DNA of 64,000 nt from positions 7,699 to 71,698 of the forward strand of contig JAFWHA010000015.1 in assembly GCA_017512175.1 (NCBI GenBank), written 5' to 3'. Of this stretch, positions 1-10,244 are shown piece after piece. Positions within the stretch are counted from its first letter, which is position 1. Every line of letters begins with the position of its first letter. The position numbers were made by a program, and so were the translations under genes. Below the pieces are notes generated by a model. It did no database searches. It worked only from the letters and a program-made list of their open reading frames with translations, and had not been told where the DNA came from. This DNA is from Candidatus Saccharimonadota bacterium. GTDB lineage: Bacteria; Patescibacteriota; Saccharimonadia; Saccharimonadales; Saccharimonadaceae.

Positions 1-1
1 T

Positions 2-538
2 CATGAATTACTTGCAGAAGACTTGGAAACTTATCCAGAACTAGAACGAGTTGAAGAGCTTCACTCTCGAGTTGGAACGGAGATTGCTGAGCTTCCAGAA
101 GAACTAGAAAAACACTATGCGAAATATTTTGCTGATCAGGATAAAGTAGTAGATTATTATGATAGCTATATTGAGCCGTTTAGGGTGCTTTCTGATGAAA
201 TTGATGAATTATCTGCTAGGCTTGAAAATTTGAATACGGAAATTGAAGAAAAAACTGCAAATTACTACAAAAAAGCAGAAGAGCTATCTTCTAAGATTGA
301 CGAGTTTAACCGCTGTGCTAATACGGCAGGATGTTTTGTTTTAGATTCTACTTTCTATGCGACGAGAAATGAATTACTAAACGAGCAGAGTGCGATGGAG
401 GATACGTTCAATGAGATTAATGGTTTAATTGAAGAGTATAATAATCTAGTTGCGGAATATAATGACAATGTGTTGCGAGGAGAAAATTTGGAAAGAATTA
501 TTAATTCTAACGCGGAAGTAGAAAATACAATTAAATAA
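2..538 (+). CDS. 3' part of a hypothetical protein with a coiled-coil C-terminus (5'-truncated by the window edge)
   Basis: Frame is open from position 2 ([11 protein letters not shown]...ELHSRVGTE) to TAA at 536-538; heptad-rich C-terminal half. Confidence 0.75.
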   Translation, partial: HELLAEDLETYPELERVEELHSRVGTEIAELPEELEKHYAKYFADQDKVVDYYDSYIEPFRVLSDEIDELSARLENLNTEIEEKTANYYKKAEELSSKIDEFNRCANTAGCFVLDSTFYATRNELLNEQSAMEDTFNEINGLIEEYNNLVAEYNDNVLRGENLERIINSNAEVENTIK

Positions 539-551
539 AAGAAAGGAAAAT

Positions 552-1142
552 ATGAGTAAAGTAAAAAATTATTTAGTACCAACTGTAGTAGAAGAAACTG
601 CGAAGGGTGAAAGAGCTTACGATATTTATTCTAGATTGTTAACTGATCGAATTGTCTTTTTGGGAGAAGATGTTAACCCACATACGGCGAATTTGGTGAT
701 TGCTCAACTTTTGTTTTTAGCGCATGAAGATCCGAAGAAAGATATTAAGCTTTATATCAATTCTCCTGGCGGAAGTGTATATGATGGCTTGGCAATCATT
801 GACACGATGAACTATATTGAGCCAGATGTACAGACTATCGGTATCGGACTTCAGGCGAGCATGGGGGCGATGCTTCTCTCTAGTGGGGAAAAAGGAAAAC
901 GATTCGTATTGCCAAATTCACGCATTATGATTCATCAGCCATCTTCTGGGACTGAGGGAAAAATTACGGATCAGGAAATTGCGTTAAAGGAAGGAATATA
1001 TCTCAAGAAACGTTTGGCAGAGATTTTTGCTAAAAATACTGGTAAGCCTCTGGAACAAGTAGAAAAAGATATGGACAGAGACAACTGGATGTCTGCAGAA
1101 GAAGCTAAGAAGTATGGTATAATAGACGAGATTATTAAATAG
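552..1142 (+). CDS. clpP: ATP-dependent Clp protease proteolytic subunit
   Basis: [20 protein letters not shown] (catalytic Ser) and IMIHQP motifs; SD AAGGA upstream. Confidence 0.97.
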   Translation: MSKVKNYLVPTVVEETAKGERAYDIYSRLLTDRIVFLGEDVNPHTANLVIAQLLFLAHEDPKKDIKLYINSPGGSVYDGLAIIDTMNYIEPDVQTIGIGLQASMGAMLLSSGEKGKRFVLPNSRIMIHQPSSGTEGKITDQEIALKEGIYLKKRLAEIFAKNTGKPLEQVEKDMDRDNWMSAEEAKKYGIIDEIIK

Positions 1143-1212
1143 TTACAACCAAAATCTCAGCGGTCGTAAGACCGATTAGAAACATTATAGCATAAGCGGA
1201 GTAAAAAGTCAA

Positions 1213-2565
1213 GTGGTGAAGCAAAAGTCAAATTATATTTGCAGTAATTGTGGAACGATTTTTGCTAAATGGTCTGGAAAATGTGAGAATTGCGGACAAT
1301 GGAATACTTTGACGGAGCAAATGATTCAAGATGAATCTAGTGCGAAATCTGCGATAGCTAAGGGTCAAGTGTCTGGAAAGAATCTGGACTACGTCTCAAT
1401 TAATGATATTTTGCCATCTGATGCTAAAGCTAGGCTTTTGACTGGCTTCAAAGATTTGGATATCGTGCTAGGAGGAGGGTTTCTGGCGGGCTCGGTAACG
1501 TTGCTTACTGGCCAACCGGGAATTGGCAAGTCTACACTTTTGATGCAGGTTTGCGCTAAAATTGCGAAAGATGTGCCAGTGCTGTATGTTTCTGGCGAGG
1601 AATCGGCTGGGCAAGTAAAACTACGCGCGAAACGATTAGGCGCTAATTCTGAAGACCTTAGTTTTGCTTCTTCTACTTCTGGAAATGATATTGCGAAAAC
1701 TATTGAATCTGGAAAGTTCAAGTTTGTAATAGTTGATTCTATCCAAACGCTTTCGTTGAACGAACTAACTTCTGCTCCGGGTACTGTTTCTCAAGTTACG
1801 AATTGTGGAAATTTGATTATTCGTGCTGCTAAAATGACAGATACAGCGGTCGTAATAGTAGGACACGTGACGAAAGAAGGAACGCTTGCGGGTCCGAAAG
1901 TCTTGGAACATTTAGTGGATGTAGTTGTGAATTTTGAGGGTGATCGTTATGGGGGATTCAAAACAGTGCGTGCGGTCAAAAATCGTTTTGGCTCGACATC
2001 TGAAGTGGCGATTTTTGAGATGAATGACAAAGGGCTTTCGGAAGTTCAAAATCCATCGGCGGCTTTGCTGGCGGAGCGTCAGAACACGGATGGCTCGATT
2101 ATATTGGCGACAGTGGAGGGGGCGAGGCCACTTTTGGTGGAGATACAGGCTTTGGTGACATCGACTAATTTTGGCTATCCTAAAAGGACTTGCTCTGGGT
2201 TTGATATAAATAGATTGAATCTTCTAATTGCAGTAATAGAACGCCGTACTAAATTAAAATTAAGTGATAAAGATGTTTTTATTAATGTAGTAGGCGGAAT
2301 TAAACTGCAGGATTCGGCGGCAGATTTGGCTGTATGTATGGCGATTGCTTCGGCGTTGGCGAAACGTAAACTATCAGAGAAGTATGTGGTGTTTGGAGAA
2401 GTGGGACTTGGAGGGGAAATTCGTTCAGCTTTTCGGCTAGACCAACGCATTGCTGAATCGAAGAAGTTAGGTTTTACGCATGCGATTGCGCCAGCGACAA
2501 TAAAAGATTCTTTTGTGCTGCCAGTAAAAGATTTGCGAGATACTTTAATCAAATATATGAAATAA
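1213..2565 (+). CDS. radA: DNA repair protein RadA/Sms
   Basis: N-terminal C4 zinc finger, Walker A GQPGIGKS, KNRFG motif, Lon-like C-terminus. Confidence 0.97.
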   Translation: MVKQKSNYICSNCGTIFAKWSGKCENCGQWNTLTEQMIQDESSAKSAIAKGQVSGKNLDYVSINDILPSDAKARLLTGFKDLDIVLGGGFLAGSVTLLTGQPGIGKSTLLMQVCAKIAKDVPVLYVSGEESAGQVKLRAKRLGANSEDLSFASSTSGNDIAKTIESGKFKFVIVDSIQTLSLNELTSAPGTVSQVTNCGNLIIRAAKMTDTAVVIVGHVTKEGTLAGPKVLEHLVDVVVNFEGDRYGGFKTVRAVKNRFGSTSEVAIFEMNDKGLSEVQNPSAALLAERQNTDGSIILATVEGARPLLVEIQALVTSTNFGYPKRTCSGFDINRLNLLIAVIERRTKLKLSDKDVFINVVGGIKLQDSAADLAVCMAIASALAKRKLSEKYVVFGEVGLGGEIRSAFRLDQRIAESKKLGFTHAIAPATIKDSFVLPVKDLRDTLIKYMK

Positions 2566-2634
2566 ATAGTATGTCGCTAGAGTCGGATTTTTAGATTTTT
2601 AGGTGTACACAATAGATTCTATAGGTGTATGGCA

Positions 2635-3108
2635 TTAGGTTTTCATGATTAATGAATGACAAATTGCGGCGGCAAGAGCATCGGCGGCATCATCTGGTTT
2701 TGGTACTGAATCAAGTTTGAGATGTAATCTTACCATTTCTTGCATCTGTTTTTTATCTGCATGACCATAGCCGGTCATGGTTTTTTTAATCTCATTTGGG
2801 GAGTATTCAAAAATCGGTAGATGTTCTTGCTTGGCGACCAAAATGCAAACTCCTCGTGCTTCGGCTACGGAGATGCCAGTAGTGATATTTTGCATGAAAA
2901 ATAATTTTTCAATGCTGAACACATCGGGTTTATTTAGCTTGATGATTTCGTGAAGAGATTTGTATATATCTTCGAGTCGATCTGGGAGAGGAGTGTGTGG
3001 TGGTGTGGATATGACACCAGCATCAACTAGAGATGTTTTGCCGCGAGTTACATCAATTACACCGAATCCACAAATTCCAGTGCCGGGATCGATGCCTAAA
3101 ATTCTCAT
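2635..3108 (-). CDS. ruvC: Holliday junction resolvase RuvC
   Basis: RILGIDPG N-terminus and DDAADALA motif. Confidence 0.97.
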   Translation of the reverse strand: MRILGIDPGTGICGFGVIDVTRGKTSLVDAGVISTPPHTPLPDRLEDIYKSLHEIIKLNKPDVFSIEKLFFMQNITTGISVAEARGVCILVAKQEHLPIFEYSPNEIKKTMTGYGHADKKQMQEMVRLHLKLDSVPKPDDAADALAAAICHSLIMKT

Positions 3109-3141
3109 AAATTACCTTCAAATATTCGTCGCTTAAAATTA

Positions 3142-4992
3142 TTATTTTTTAGATTTAAATTTTTTCTCAAGTTTAGCACATTTTTCAAATTCTTTAGTAA
3201 AGTTTCTTAAACACTTTTCTTGGAACTGGGCAGTGTCGATGCGAGCTTCTGCTAATTTTAACAGCTTGTCGATTTTGGCAGCTTTAAGTCCTTCGCTTAG
3301 CATACGCTTTGCGAAGTTTTTGATTGCGGGTAATTCATCTCTTTCAGTTGCACCTTCGCAGGCTGCAGTAAAGAAATCGTATGTGGCGGGGCCTTGATAT
3401 TCTTCCGCAATACGTTTGATGACATAGGCGCCGATTTTTTTCATTTTTGGACGGAGCAACATTTTTTCGAGCAGCATTTCTGGGGGGTCGATTTCTGACT
3501 TGCCAGAAAGCGCCTTGTCGAGTACGTCTTTGGCTTTTGGAATAGTTCTGACAAAAGCGAGTTCGTTAGCTAAGGCCCACATTTTCTTTTCTTCAGTATC
3601 GTTTTTGCGTTTTTCAAACTCACGGACGGAGTTATTAAGGGTAGGATTGATTTGTTCTAAGATTTCTAGACTTGAAAGCCAGCCAACTGCATCTTCAAAA
3701 ATGGCATTTTCACTGGAATTTTTAAAAGAAAAACGTTCGTAATTATCAATCGGCCAGAGACTTTGACCTAGTCTTTCCCAAAATGCATTGTAAATAATCC
3801 TTTGTAAAAGTCGTTCATCTTCTTCACTTTCTATTAATACCCAAGCTGAGTTAATAACGTCACCGGCAGCATAGAAAGTATCGCTGTCGTTAGTGATGGC
3901 GATAACGTAAAATGCTACAGGCAAAATTTTTGCTAAAGATTTTTCGTCTTTAAAATGAAGGTAGTTTTTTAGATAATATAGAGTTTGGTAATCGTTATAT
4001 TCGCGTTTTATAATGGAGGTAACGATTTCATCATCTTCTTCGTCGGTGTATTTTACTAATTCTGGATAATCATAATTAAATTGATTTCTCTTAAATCTTT
4101 TTACTTTAATTTTTGAAAACTTATTTTCTAGTTTTTCGCCGATGAGCTTATCGATTTTTTCTACAAGGGAAAAGTCTGCGCCATCTTCTAAAGACAAAAC
4201 AAAATTGTCTACTAAATTAAAGAATTGATAAAAACCTAGTTTTTCAATAGCATATTTCAAACGATATCGCCAAAGAGCGATTTTGCCACGAGATTCATAC
4301 TGTTCGTTAAAATTAAAGGCCTCGTCATTTAGTATCATAATGAAATTTATTGCATAGTCCCAGTCGACTGGAGTCATTATCGGAGACTTTAAGTCTGGTC
4401 GATATTCGAGATTGGCTAGAAAAAAGAAGATGACATTAGTAAGGCTTAGGTCGACGTCTTTTTCGATGTGGGCTTCTAACCACTCGATACTAAATGTTTC
4501 GTAAAGGGGAACAAGCTCTTCAGATTGCTCGCGCTCAGACCAAAGTCGTTTACTTTTTACTTTTTCTAATAAGCGAATGGTTTGCTGTGACTTTGGAAAA
4601 TTAGTTAGCTCTACTAACTGATCTGCGGCTCGCAAGTAAACGCCCTCTACGGACATTTTGATTTGGTAAACATTATTGTTGTGAATATAAATTAGACATT
4701 TATGTTTGGCATCTTTTTTGAGCTTGCTATCTGCAGCTGCATAAGTAATGTTACCAAAACCGCCATTAGCTTTGCAAAAACTGGCTTCGTGATCTATTAG
4801 AAAATTGTATCCAGCAGAAAAGTCATCTTCGTGTTTGTAGATGTCGGTAGAGTAGGGCACTAAATCATTATTCTCAAAAATGTAAAATGTCATTTGTCCA
4901 CAAGCACCCATACCTCCTGGACTTGCCCACTCTGCATAAATTACGTCTTTTGGATTCAGACCCTCGATGATTTTTGCGGTTAATTTCTTCAT
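3142..4992 (-). CDS. Hypothetical protein (616 aa)
   Basis: Long ORF with TATAAT 6 nt upstream of its ATG; no family I recognise. Confidence 0.8.
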   Translation of the reverse strand: MKKLTAKIIEGLNPKDVIYAEWASPGGMGACGQMTFYIFENNDLVPYSTDIYKHEDDFSAGYNFLIDHEASFCKANGGFGNITYAAADSKLKKDAKHKCLIYIHNNNVYQIKMSVEGVYLRAADQLVELTNFPKSQQTIRLLEKVKSKRLWSEREQSEELVPLYETFSIEWLEAHIEKDVDLSLTNVIFFFLANLEYRPDLKSPIMTPVDWDYAINFIMILNDEAFNFNEQYESRGKIALWRYRLKYAIEKLGFYQFFNLVDNFVLSLEDGADFSLVEKIDKLIGEKLENKFSKIKVKRFKRNQFNYDYPELVKYTDEEDDEIVTSIIKREYNDYQTLYYLKNYLHFKDEKSLAKILPVAFYVIAITNDSDTFYAAGDVINSAWVLIESEEDERLLQRIIYNAFWERLGQSLWPIDNYERFSFKNSSENAIFEDAVGWLSSLEILEQINPTLNNSVREFEKRKNDTEEKKMWALANELAFVRTIPKAKDVLDKALSGKSEIDPPEMLLEKMLLRPKMKKIGAYVIKRIAEEYQGPATYDFFTAACEGATERDELPAIKNFAKRMLSEGLKAAKIDKLLKLAEARIDTAQFQEKCLRNFTKEFEKCAKLEKKFKSKK

Positions 4993-5089
4993 ATTTATAT
5001 TATACTATATCTTAGGCTTAAAGTCTTTTTTACAGGTATTACTACGAGATGTGTAGGACACTACATGGATATTATTAGTATGCTGAATG

Positions 5090-6706
5090 TTATTTTTTGA
5101 TTTCGTCGGTACGATAAATGTATTTGATGTTTTTGCTATTGTTTTTAGCGACATTAGAAATGGCGCGTATTCTGTCGATTAGGCTGCGAAAATCGTTATT
5201 ATAAATATTAACTAACTTTTGGATAGCTTCTTCGTTGAATTGTTTTAAGCCATTAGATAATGCAGTAGAGCCATCACGAAGCTTTGAAATACCTTCAATT
5301 AAAGTTGGGGTGGAGCCGTTTAGCGTTTCGATACCATCAGAAAGATCAGTGGCGCCAGTCGCTAGTGCAGCAGCTCCGGCGGAAAGAGTGGAAGTTCCAG
5401 CCTTGAGACCATTTTCTGGCTCGGTGATTTTAGCAAGAAGGTGATTTTTGATTTCATTTTCATTCATTTCGGCGATACCATTAGTGTATCGAACGATACC
5501 AGTGTATAGTTCGGAAACACCATCAAGAGATTGTTTGACGGCGGCGACTTCTGGGCTGGCTTCCGCGATTCCACTTAGGCAGGTCGCACTAATTTCAGGA
5601 TAGTTTTCTACGGTCATTGGTGAAGCGGTTGTGGTAGGAATACCACAGTAGGTTTCCATTGCACCGCGCAAAGTTGTGTTAGCATTAGCAGATGCGAGTG
5701 AACTTTGAAGTACTTGCAAAGCGCCATTTTGTAGCTGAGAATTATAAGTATCAGTTGTGCCCTTGATGCCAGTGTATAATTCTTCTACACCAGCCTGCAA
5801 TAAATCTACTCCAGCATCTATTCTCTTAGCGCCGCTGGCGAGATTTAAACTACCGTTCTTTAATTGTGAAGCACCGTTTGATAATGCAGCTATGCCGTCT
5901 GGAAGTACTCCAGCTTTTTCATATAATGTATTGATGCCGTTGGCAAGGTCGGAGGAGCCAGCGATGAGCTGATCCATAGCAGTAGTCATTTTGTTGAGTT
6001 CGGATGATAGCTGGTCGATGGAATTAAGGTTAGAAAAGTCCATATTATTGAAAACTTCGTTAGTGGCAATAGACATAGTAAGTCCGAGTTCAAAGTCGAT
6101 AACGTCAGCAGTTACTTCAAAATAATTTGGAATTTCGAAAGTTGATGCATTAATACCTAAGTTTTCTTGCATACCAGGCATCATAATTCCGGCAATAATA
6201 GTGCGAGCACCATCATTGATAAGCTTTGCGTTCTTGACTTCAACATTTTTGAAGTGATTATTGTCAAGCATCATGCCGGAAACGACAGCGTAAGGTACAT
6301 AGTATCCGCTGGCGGTTTCTTTATTAGTGTAAGTATAGCGAATGGTAACTTTGCCAGATTTGCCGATTAATTCGCTTGCAGAGACGGTATTGCCATCTAA
6401 AGTATAGGAAACTGCAAGGTCGATAGGAACTTTCTTGTCGTTGGTGACAATAGTAGAGTATTCGTCAATGCCGAGATTTTTAGTCCAATCAGAAGAAATG
6501 ATTTTGCGTGTGCTACCATCGGTCTTTGTAAAAATGTAGACAGTTTCATCAACTAGTTTAGTTGTAGCAGTTGCGCTAGATGTTGAATCGCTGCTAGTAG
6601 TGCTATTTCCAAGCGATAGACCGCTCGTAGTTAAGGTAGTGGCGATACCAATAAGACCTGCAAATGCAAGTGCAAAAGCGCCAATGATTTTTAATTTTTT
6701 AGACAT
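5090..6706 (-). CDS. YhgE/Pip-like membrane-anchored coiled-coil protein
   Basis: N-terminal hydrophobic anchor, DETVY and GKSGKVTIRY motifs, LxxGxxxLxxG repeats; overlaps the end of the upstream MMPL gene, as usual for this pair. Confidence 0.75.
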   Translation of the reverse strand: MSKKLKIIGAFALAFAGLIGIATTLTTSGLSLGNSTTSSDSTSSATATTKLVDETVYIFTKTDGSTRKIISSDWTKNLGIDEYSTIVTNDKKVPIDLAVSYTLDGNTVSASELIGKSGKVTIRYTYTNKETASGYYVPYAVVSGMMLDNNHFKNVEVKNAKLINDGARTIIAGIMMPGMQENLGINASTFEIPNYFEVTADVIDFELGLTMSIATNEVFNNMDFSNLNSIDQLSSELNKMTTAMDQLIAGSSDLANGINTLYEKAGVLPDGIAALSNGASQLKNGSLNLASGAKRIDAGVDLLQAGVEELYTGIKGTTDTYNSQLQNGALQVLQSSLASANANTTLRGAMETYCGIPTTTASPMTVENYPEISATCLSGIAEASPEVAAVKQSLDGVSELYTGIVRYTNGIAEMNENEIKNHLLAKITEPENGLKAGTSTLSAGAAALATGATDLSDGIETLNGSTPTLIEGISKLRDGSTALSNGLKQFNEEAIQKLVNIYNNDFRSLIDRIRAISNVAKNNSKNIKYIYRTDEIKK

Positions 6707-8766
6707 TGTTTCATCTCCTTTGTAGTATTACAAATTAATTTATCAAACAACATAAATAATGCCGGAAGGACTAATATCACCATTGCCATGCTGATAATGG
6801 CGCCGCGAGCTAGGAGCATACAGATTGCAGAAATCATATCGATATTAGAATAAATAGCTACGCCAAGAGTGGCAACGAATAGGCCAGCAGAAGATACGAT
6901 TATAGATGGAATCGAAGTGGATAAAGCAATTAGTATAGCATCATGCTTATTCTTACCGCCTATACGTTCGGTTTTATAACGAGTAGTCATGAGAATTGCG
7001 TAGTCGACTGTAGCGCCAAGTTGAATAGTACTGATACAGATTGGCGCAATGAACGGTAGATGTGTACCAGTGAGGTGTGAAATGCCGAGATTGATGAAGA
7101 TAGCTATTTCGATAACAGCAATAAGAATGAATGGCAGGGAGATAGATTTTTCTACTAGCGCAATGATGATAAAGATTGCAACGATGGAAATAGCGTTGAC
7201 GACTTTAAAATCAGTGTCGGTGGTCTCAATCATGTCTTTCATGGCAGGAGCTTCGCCAATTAATAATCCGCCGGTATCGTATTTTTTGATTATGTTGTTA
7301 AGTTTAGAGATTTGCTCGTTGGCTTCGTTCGATGCAGTGCCATATTCTGAGCCGATTAAGATTAGTTCCCATTTATCACTTTTTAATATTTCGGTTAGAG
7401 AATCTGGGAGGAATTCAATCGGTACGCGCTCGCCGACAATAGACTCTAGACCCAGTACGAATTTTACGCCATTTATGTCTTCGAGCTCTTTTGTCATTTT
7501 ACGCACATCTTGTTCGGAGGTTTTTGATTCGATTAAAGCCATATGCGTAGAAGCGATATTAAAGTCGTCCCGAAGTTTGCTGTTTGCAACCATGACTTCC
7601 ATGTCTTCCGGCAGCGAGCCGCCGAGATTATAATATACTTCACTTTCGGCTTGTTTCGAAAAGATGTAGGCAGGTGTTGCGATAATCGCAAAAACGGCTA
7701 GAATTACTGGAAAAATTTTCAAGATACGTTTAGAGAATCTAGTCATGTCTGGAAGCAGTGGCTTATGAGAAGTCTTAGTGAGGAGTTTATCAAATGTCAA
7801 GATTAGAGCTGGAAGTACAGTAACACAGCCAATAACGCCAAATACGACACCTTTAGCCATTACAATGCCAAGATCGAGACCAAGAGTAAAAGACATAAAG
7901 CAAAGCGCGATAAAACCTGCGACGGTAGTGATAGAGCTTCCTGCTACGGAAGAAAATGTCTTCTGGATGGCGGTAGCCATAGCTTTTTCTTTGTTCTTTT
8001 CGGTTTGGCATTCTTCCTTGAAACTATGCCAGAGAAAGATGGAGTAGTCCATAGTAACTGCGAGCTGTAAGACGGCAGCGAGAGCTTTTGTAATAAAGGA
8101 AATTTCCCCGAAAATGATATTCGTACCGAGATTAAGTAAAATCATCATGCCAATAGAAATGATGAATACGAATGGAGTCAGCCAGTTATCTAGGAAGATG
8201 AGCATTGCAAGAATTGCAAGTACTACAGCAATAGCAACATAGATTATCTCTTCTCTTTCGCATAATATTTTTAGGTCTGCTACGAGTGCTGACATGCCAG
8301 AAACGAATACTTGACCTTCGGCTTTGGAACGAATCGTAGCTACGGCATCAAGTGTAGAATCTTCTGATGTCCCACCTTCGAAGAATACGGCCATGAGGGT
8401 AGAATGATCGGTATTGAAAGTGTCGTACAATTTACTTGGTAGAATTTCCATCGGAATAGATAAATCTGCTGCAGTAGTATACCAGACAACGGAGTCAACA
8501 TGGTCTATAGTCTCAATTTCAGATTTTAGCTTATTAGCATCAGAAGCGTTCATATTTTCTAGAATAACTAGGGAAAAAGCGCCTTTGCCAAATTCTTTCT
8601 GTAACTCTTCTTGACCTACCATAGTGTCCATATCTGATGGAAGATAAGTCAGCATGTCATAGTTGACACGAGTTTTAATCATACCAATAGTGGCTGGGAC
8701 CATCAAGATCAAGCTAACTATTAGAATCAAAATACGATGTTTTACAATTAACCTTGAGACCTTCAT
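6691..8766 (-). CDS. MMPL/RND-family transporter
   Basis: Two repeats of a TM bundle with LAVTMDYSIF and LGATVDYAIL (GxxxDY-like) motifs. Confidence 0.9.
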   Translation of the reverse strand: MKVSRLIVKHRILILIVSLILMVPATIGMIKTRVNYDMLTYLPSDMDTMVGQEELQKEFGKGAFSLVILENMNASDANKLKSEIETIDHVDSVVWYTTAADLSIPMEILPSKLYDTFNTDHSTLMAVFFEGGTSEDSTLDAVATIRSKAEGQVFVSGMSALVADLKILCEREEIIYVAIAVVLAILAMLIFLDNWLTPFVFIISIGMMILLNLGTNIIFGEISFITKALAAVLQLAVTMDYSIFLWHSFKEECQTEKNKEKAMATAIQKTFSSVAGSSITTVAGFIALCFMSFTLGLDLGIVMAKGVVFGVIGCVTVLPALILTFDKLLTKTSHKPLLPDMTRFSKRILKIFPVILAVFAIIATPAYIFSKQAESEVYYNLGGSLPEDMEVMVANSKLRDDFNIASTHMALIESKTSEQDVRKMTKELEDINGVKFVLGLESIVGERVPIEFLPDSLTEILKSDKWELILIGSEYGTASNEANEQISKLNNIIKKYDTGGLLIGEAPAMKDMIETTDTDFKVVNAISIVAIFIIIALVEKSISLPFILIAVIEIAIFINLGISHLTGTHLPFIAPICISTIQLGATVDYAILMTTRYKTERIGGKNKHDAILIALSTSIPSIIVSSAGLFVATLGVAIYSNIDMISAICMLLARGAIISMAMVILVLPALFMLFDKLICNTTKEMKQCLKN

Positions 8767-8848
8767 ACCCCTGTATTATACTCTCTTTACAGAGAAAGTA
8801 AAGAGACGGTTTGGCGTCGAGTGGAATTTAGTATGATAAAATATAAAT

Positions 8849-9430
8849 ATGATTGCACATGTTGAAGGGAAAATTGTAGAAAAATTTGGAAATTCGGTTA
8901 TCGTAGATGTACACGGAATCGGTTATGAAATCGCTCTAAGTAGCCTAGACTATGATAGGGCAAATTTGGAAGAAACGAAGAAATTTTATACCTATCATAA
9001 AGTAAGTGAGATGGCGGAAGAGCTATATGGTTTTTCTACTTTAGCGGCGAAGAAAATTTTTGAGCTTCTAATATCTGTTAATGGAGTTGGTCCGAAAGCT
9101 GGAATGGCAATTCTGTCACTGGCCGAGCCAGAGGAGGTAAGAAATGCAATTGCGAATGGGGATGCGGCTTTCGTGTCAAAAGCATCTGGTGTCGGTAAAA
9201 AATCTGCTGAGCGTGTAATAGTCGATCTTAAGGACAAGGTCGGTTTACCATCTAAATATGGAAAAACACTAGCTGACAGTGGAGCGAAGATAGAAGAAAG
9301 TGATGAGGCGATGGATGCTTTGATGGCATTAGGTTTTTCGCTAAAGGAAGCTACCGATGCACTTTCTGGTGTGGATGCGAATATCAGCGTGGAAGAGCGA
9401 ATTAAACAGGCGCTAAAACAGGGTAAATAG
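8849..9430 (+). CDS. ruvA: Holliday junction branch migration protein RuvA
   Basis: VHGIGYEI, ELYGF, and HhH motifs VNGVGPK and GVGKKSAER. Confidence 0.96.
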   Translation: MIAHVEGKIVEKFGNSVIVDVHGIGYEIALSSLDYDRANLEETKKFYTYHKVSEMAEELYGFSTLAAKKIFELLISVNGVGPKAGMAILSLAEPEEVRNAIANGDAAFVSKASGVGKKSAERVIVDLKDKVGLPSKYGKTLADSGAKIEESDEAMDALMALGFSLKEATDALSGVDANISVEERIKQALKQGK

Positions 9431-9436
9431 CGTTTG

Positions 9437-9982
9437 CTAGTAATTAATAGCACGAATTTCGAAGAAAGCTTGCGGATGAGCGCAGACTGGACAGGTCTCT
9501 GGAGCTTCTTCTCCGACATAAATATATCCACAATTGCGGCATTTCCAGACGGTGACTTTGTCGCTCTTGAAGACAACGTCGTTTTCGACATTTTCGAGAA
9601 GCTTCTTATAACGTTCTTCGTGTTCTTTTTCAATAGCGCCGACTCCTTCCATTTTCTGAGCAATTTCTTCAAAACCTTCTTCACGGGCGGTTTCGGCAAA
9701 TTTCTTGTACATGTCGGTCCACTCGTATTCTTCGCCAGCGATAGCATCTTTTAGATTTTCAGTCGTATCTGGAACGGCACCATCATGAAGATACTTAAAC
9801 CAGATTTTGGCGTGCTCTTTTTCGTTGCTGGCTGTTTCTTCGAAGATACTACCGATCTGTTCAAAGCCGTCTTTCTTAGCTTTGCTAGCATAGTAGGAAT
9901 ATTTAGTAAAAGCTTGAGCCTCGCCTGAAAAAGCGGTCTGTAAATTTTTGTAAGTCTTGGATTTTTTAAATTCTATAGCCAT
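9437..9982 (-). CDS. rbr: Rubrerythrin
   Basis: AFSGE, EKEHA and EKEHE di-iron motifs; C-terminal CxxC...CPVC rubredoxin domain. Confidence 0.95.
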   Translation of the reverse strand: MAIEFKKSKTYKNLQTAFSGEAQAFTKYSYYASKAKKDGFEQIGSIFEETASNEKEHAKIWFKYLHDGAVPDTTENLKDAIAGEEYEWTDMYKKFAETAREEGFEEIAQKMEGVGAIEKEHEERYKKLLENVENDVVFKSDKVTVWKCRNCGYIYVGEEAPETCPVCAHPQAFFEIRAINY

Positions 9983-10157
9983 TTTTACTCCTTTTCTTAA
10001 GGCAATTATACAGGAAAAATGATATTAGTAAAATAACATTAAAGTCGCATTATTCAAATAATAATTAAAGCGTATTTTTGATGATTTTTGAACTGCGAAA
10101 CAGAGGTGACTAACTGTTTGCTTGTGGAAAACTTTTAAAAAAGCATAAAAATAATAC

Positions 10158-10189
10158 TTGACAAAACGGTCTGGGGGGGGGGGTAATAT
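10158..10189 (+). promoter_or_regulatory. Sigma70 promoter with a poly-G (G11) tract in the spacer
   Basis: TTGACA at 10158-10163, G11 at 10173-10183, TAATAT at 10184-10189 (20-nt spacer). Confidence 0.7.
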
Positions 10190-10244
10190 GGGAAGTACAA
10201 AGGTCATAAATATAAAAATCAAAATAAAGAAAGGAATAAATATT

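Noticed and set aside
1161-1174. Small hairpin core GTCGTAAGAC, also found at 17852-17861
   Set aside because: Only two short copies with different flanks; too little to call a REP-like family.
8995-9754. Alternative-frame and antisense ORFs over ruvA/rbr, and similar shadow ORFs such as 33722-34498 and 48162-48680
   Set aside because: They overlap well-supported genes and lack motifs or start signals.
10158-10244. ORF-track N-terminal extension (TTG start, GGGG-encoding poly-G) of the secreted protein
   Set aside because: The TTG is part of the TTGACA -35 box; the SD and signal peptide support ATG 10245, so the G-tract is not a coding frameshift switch.
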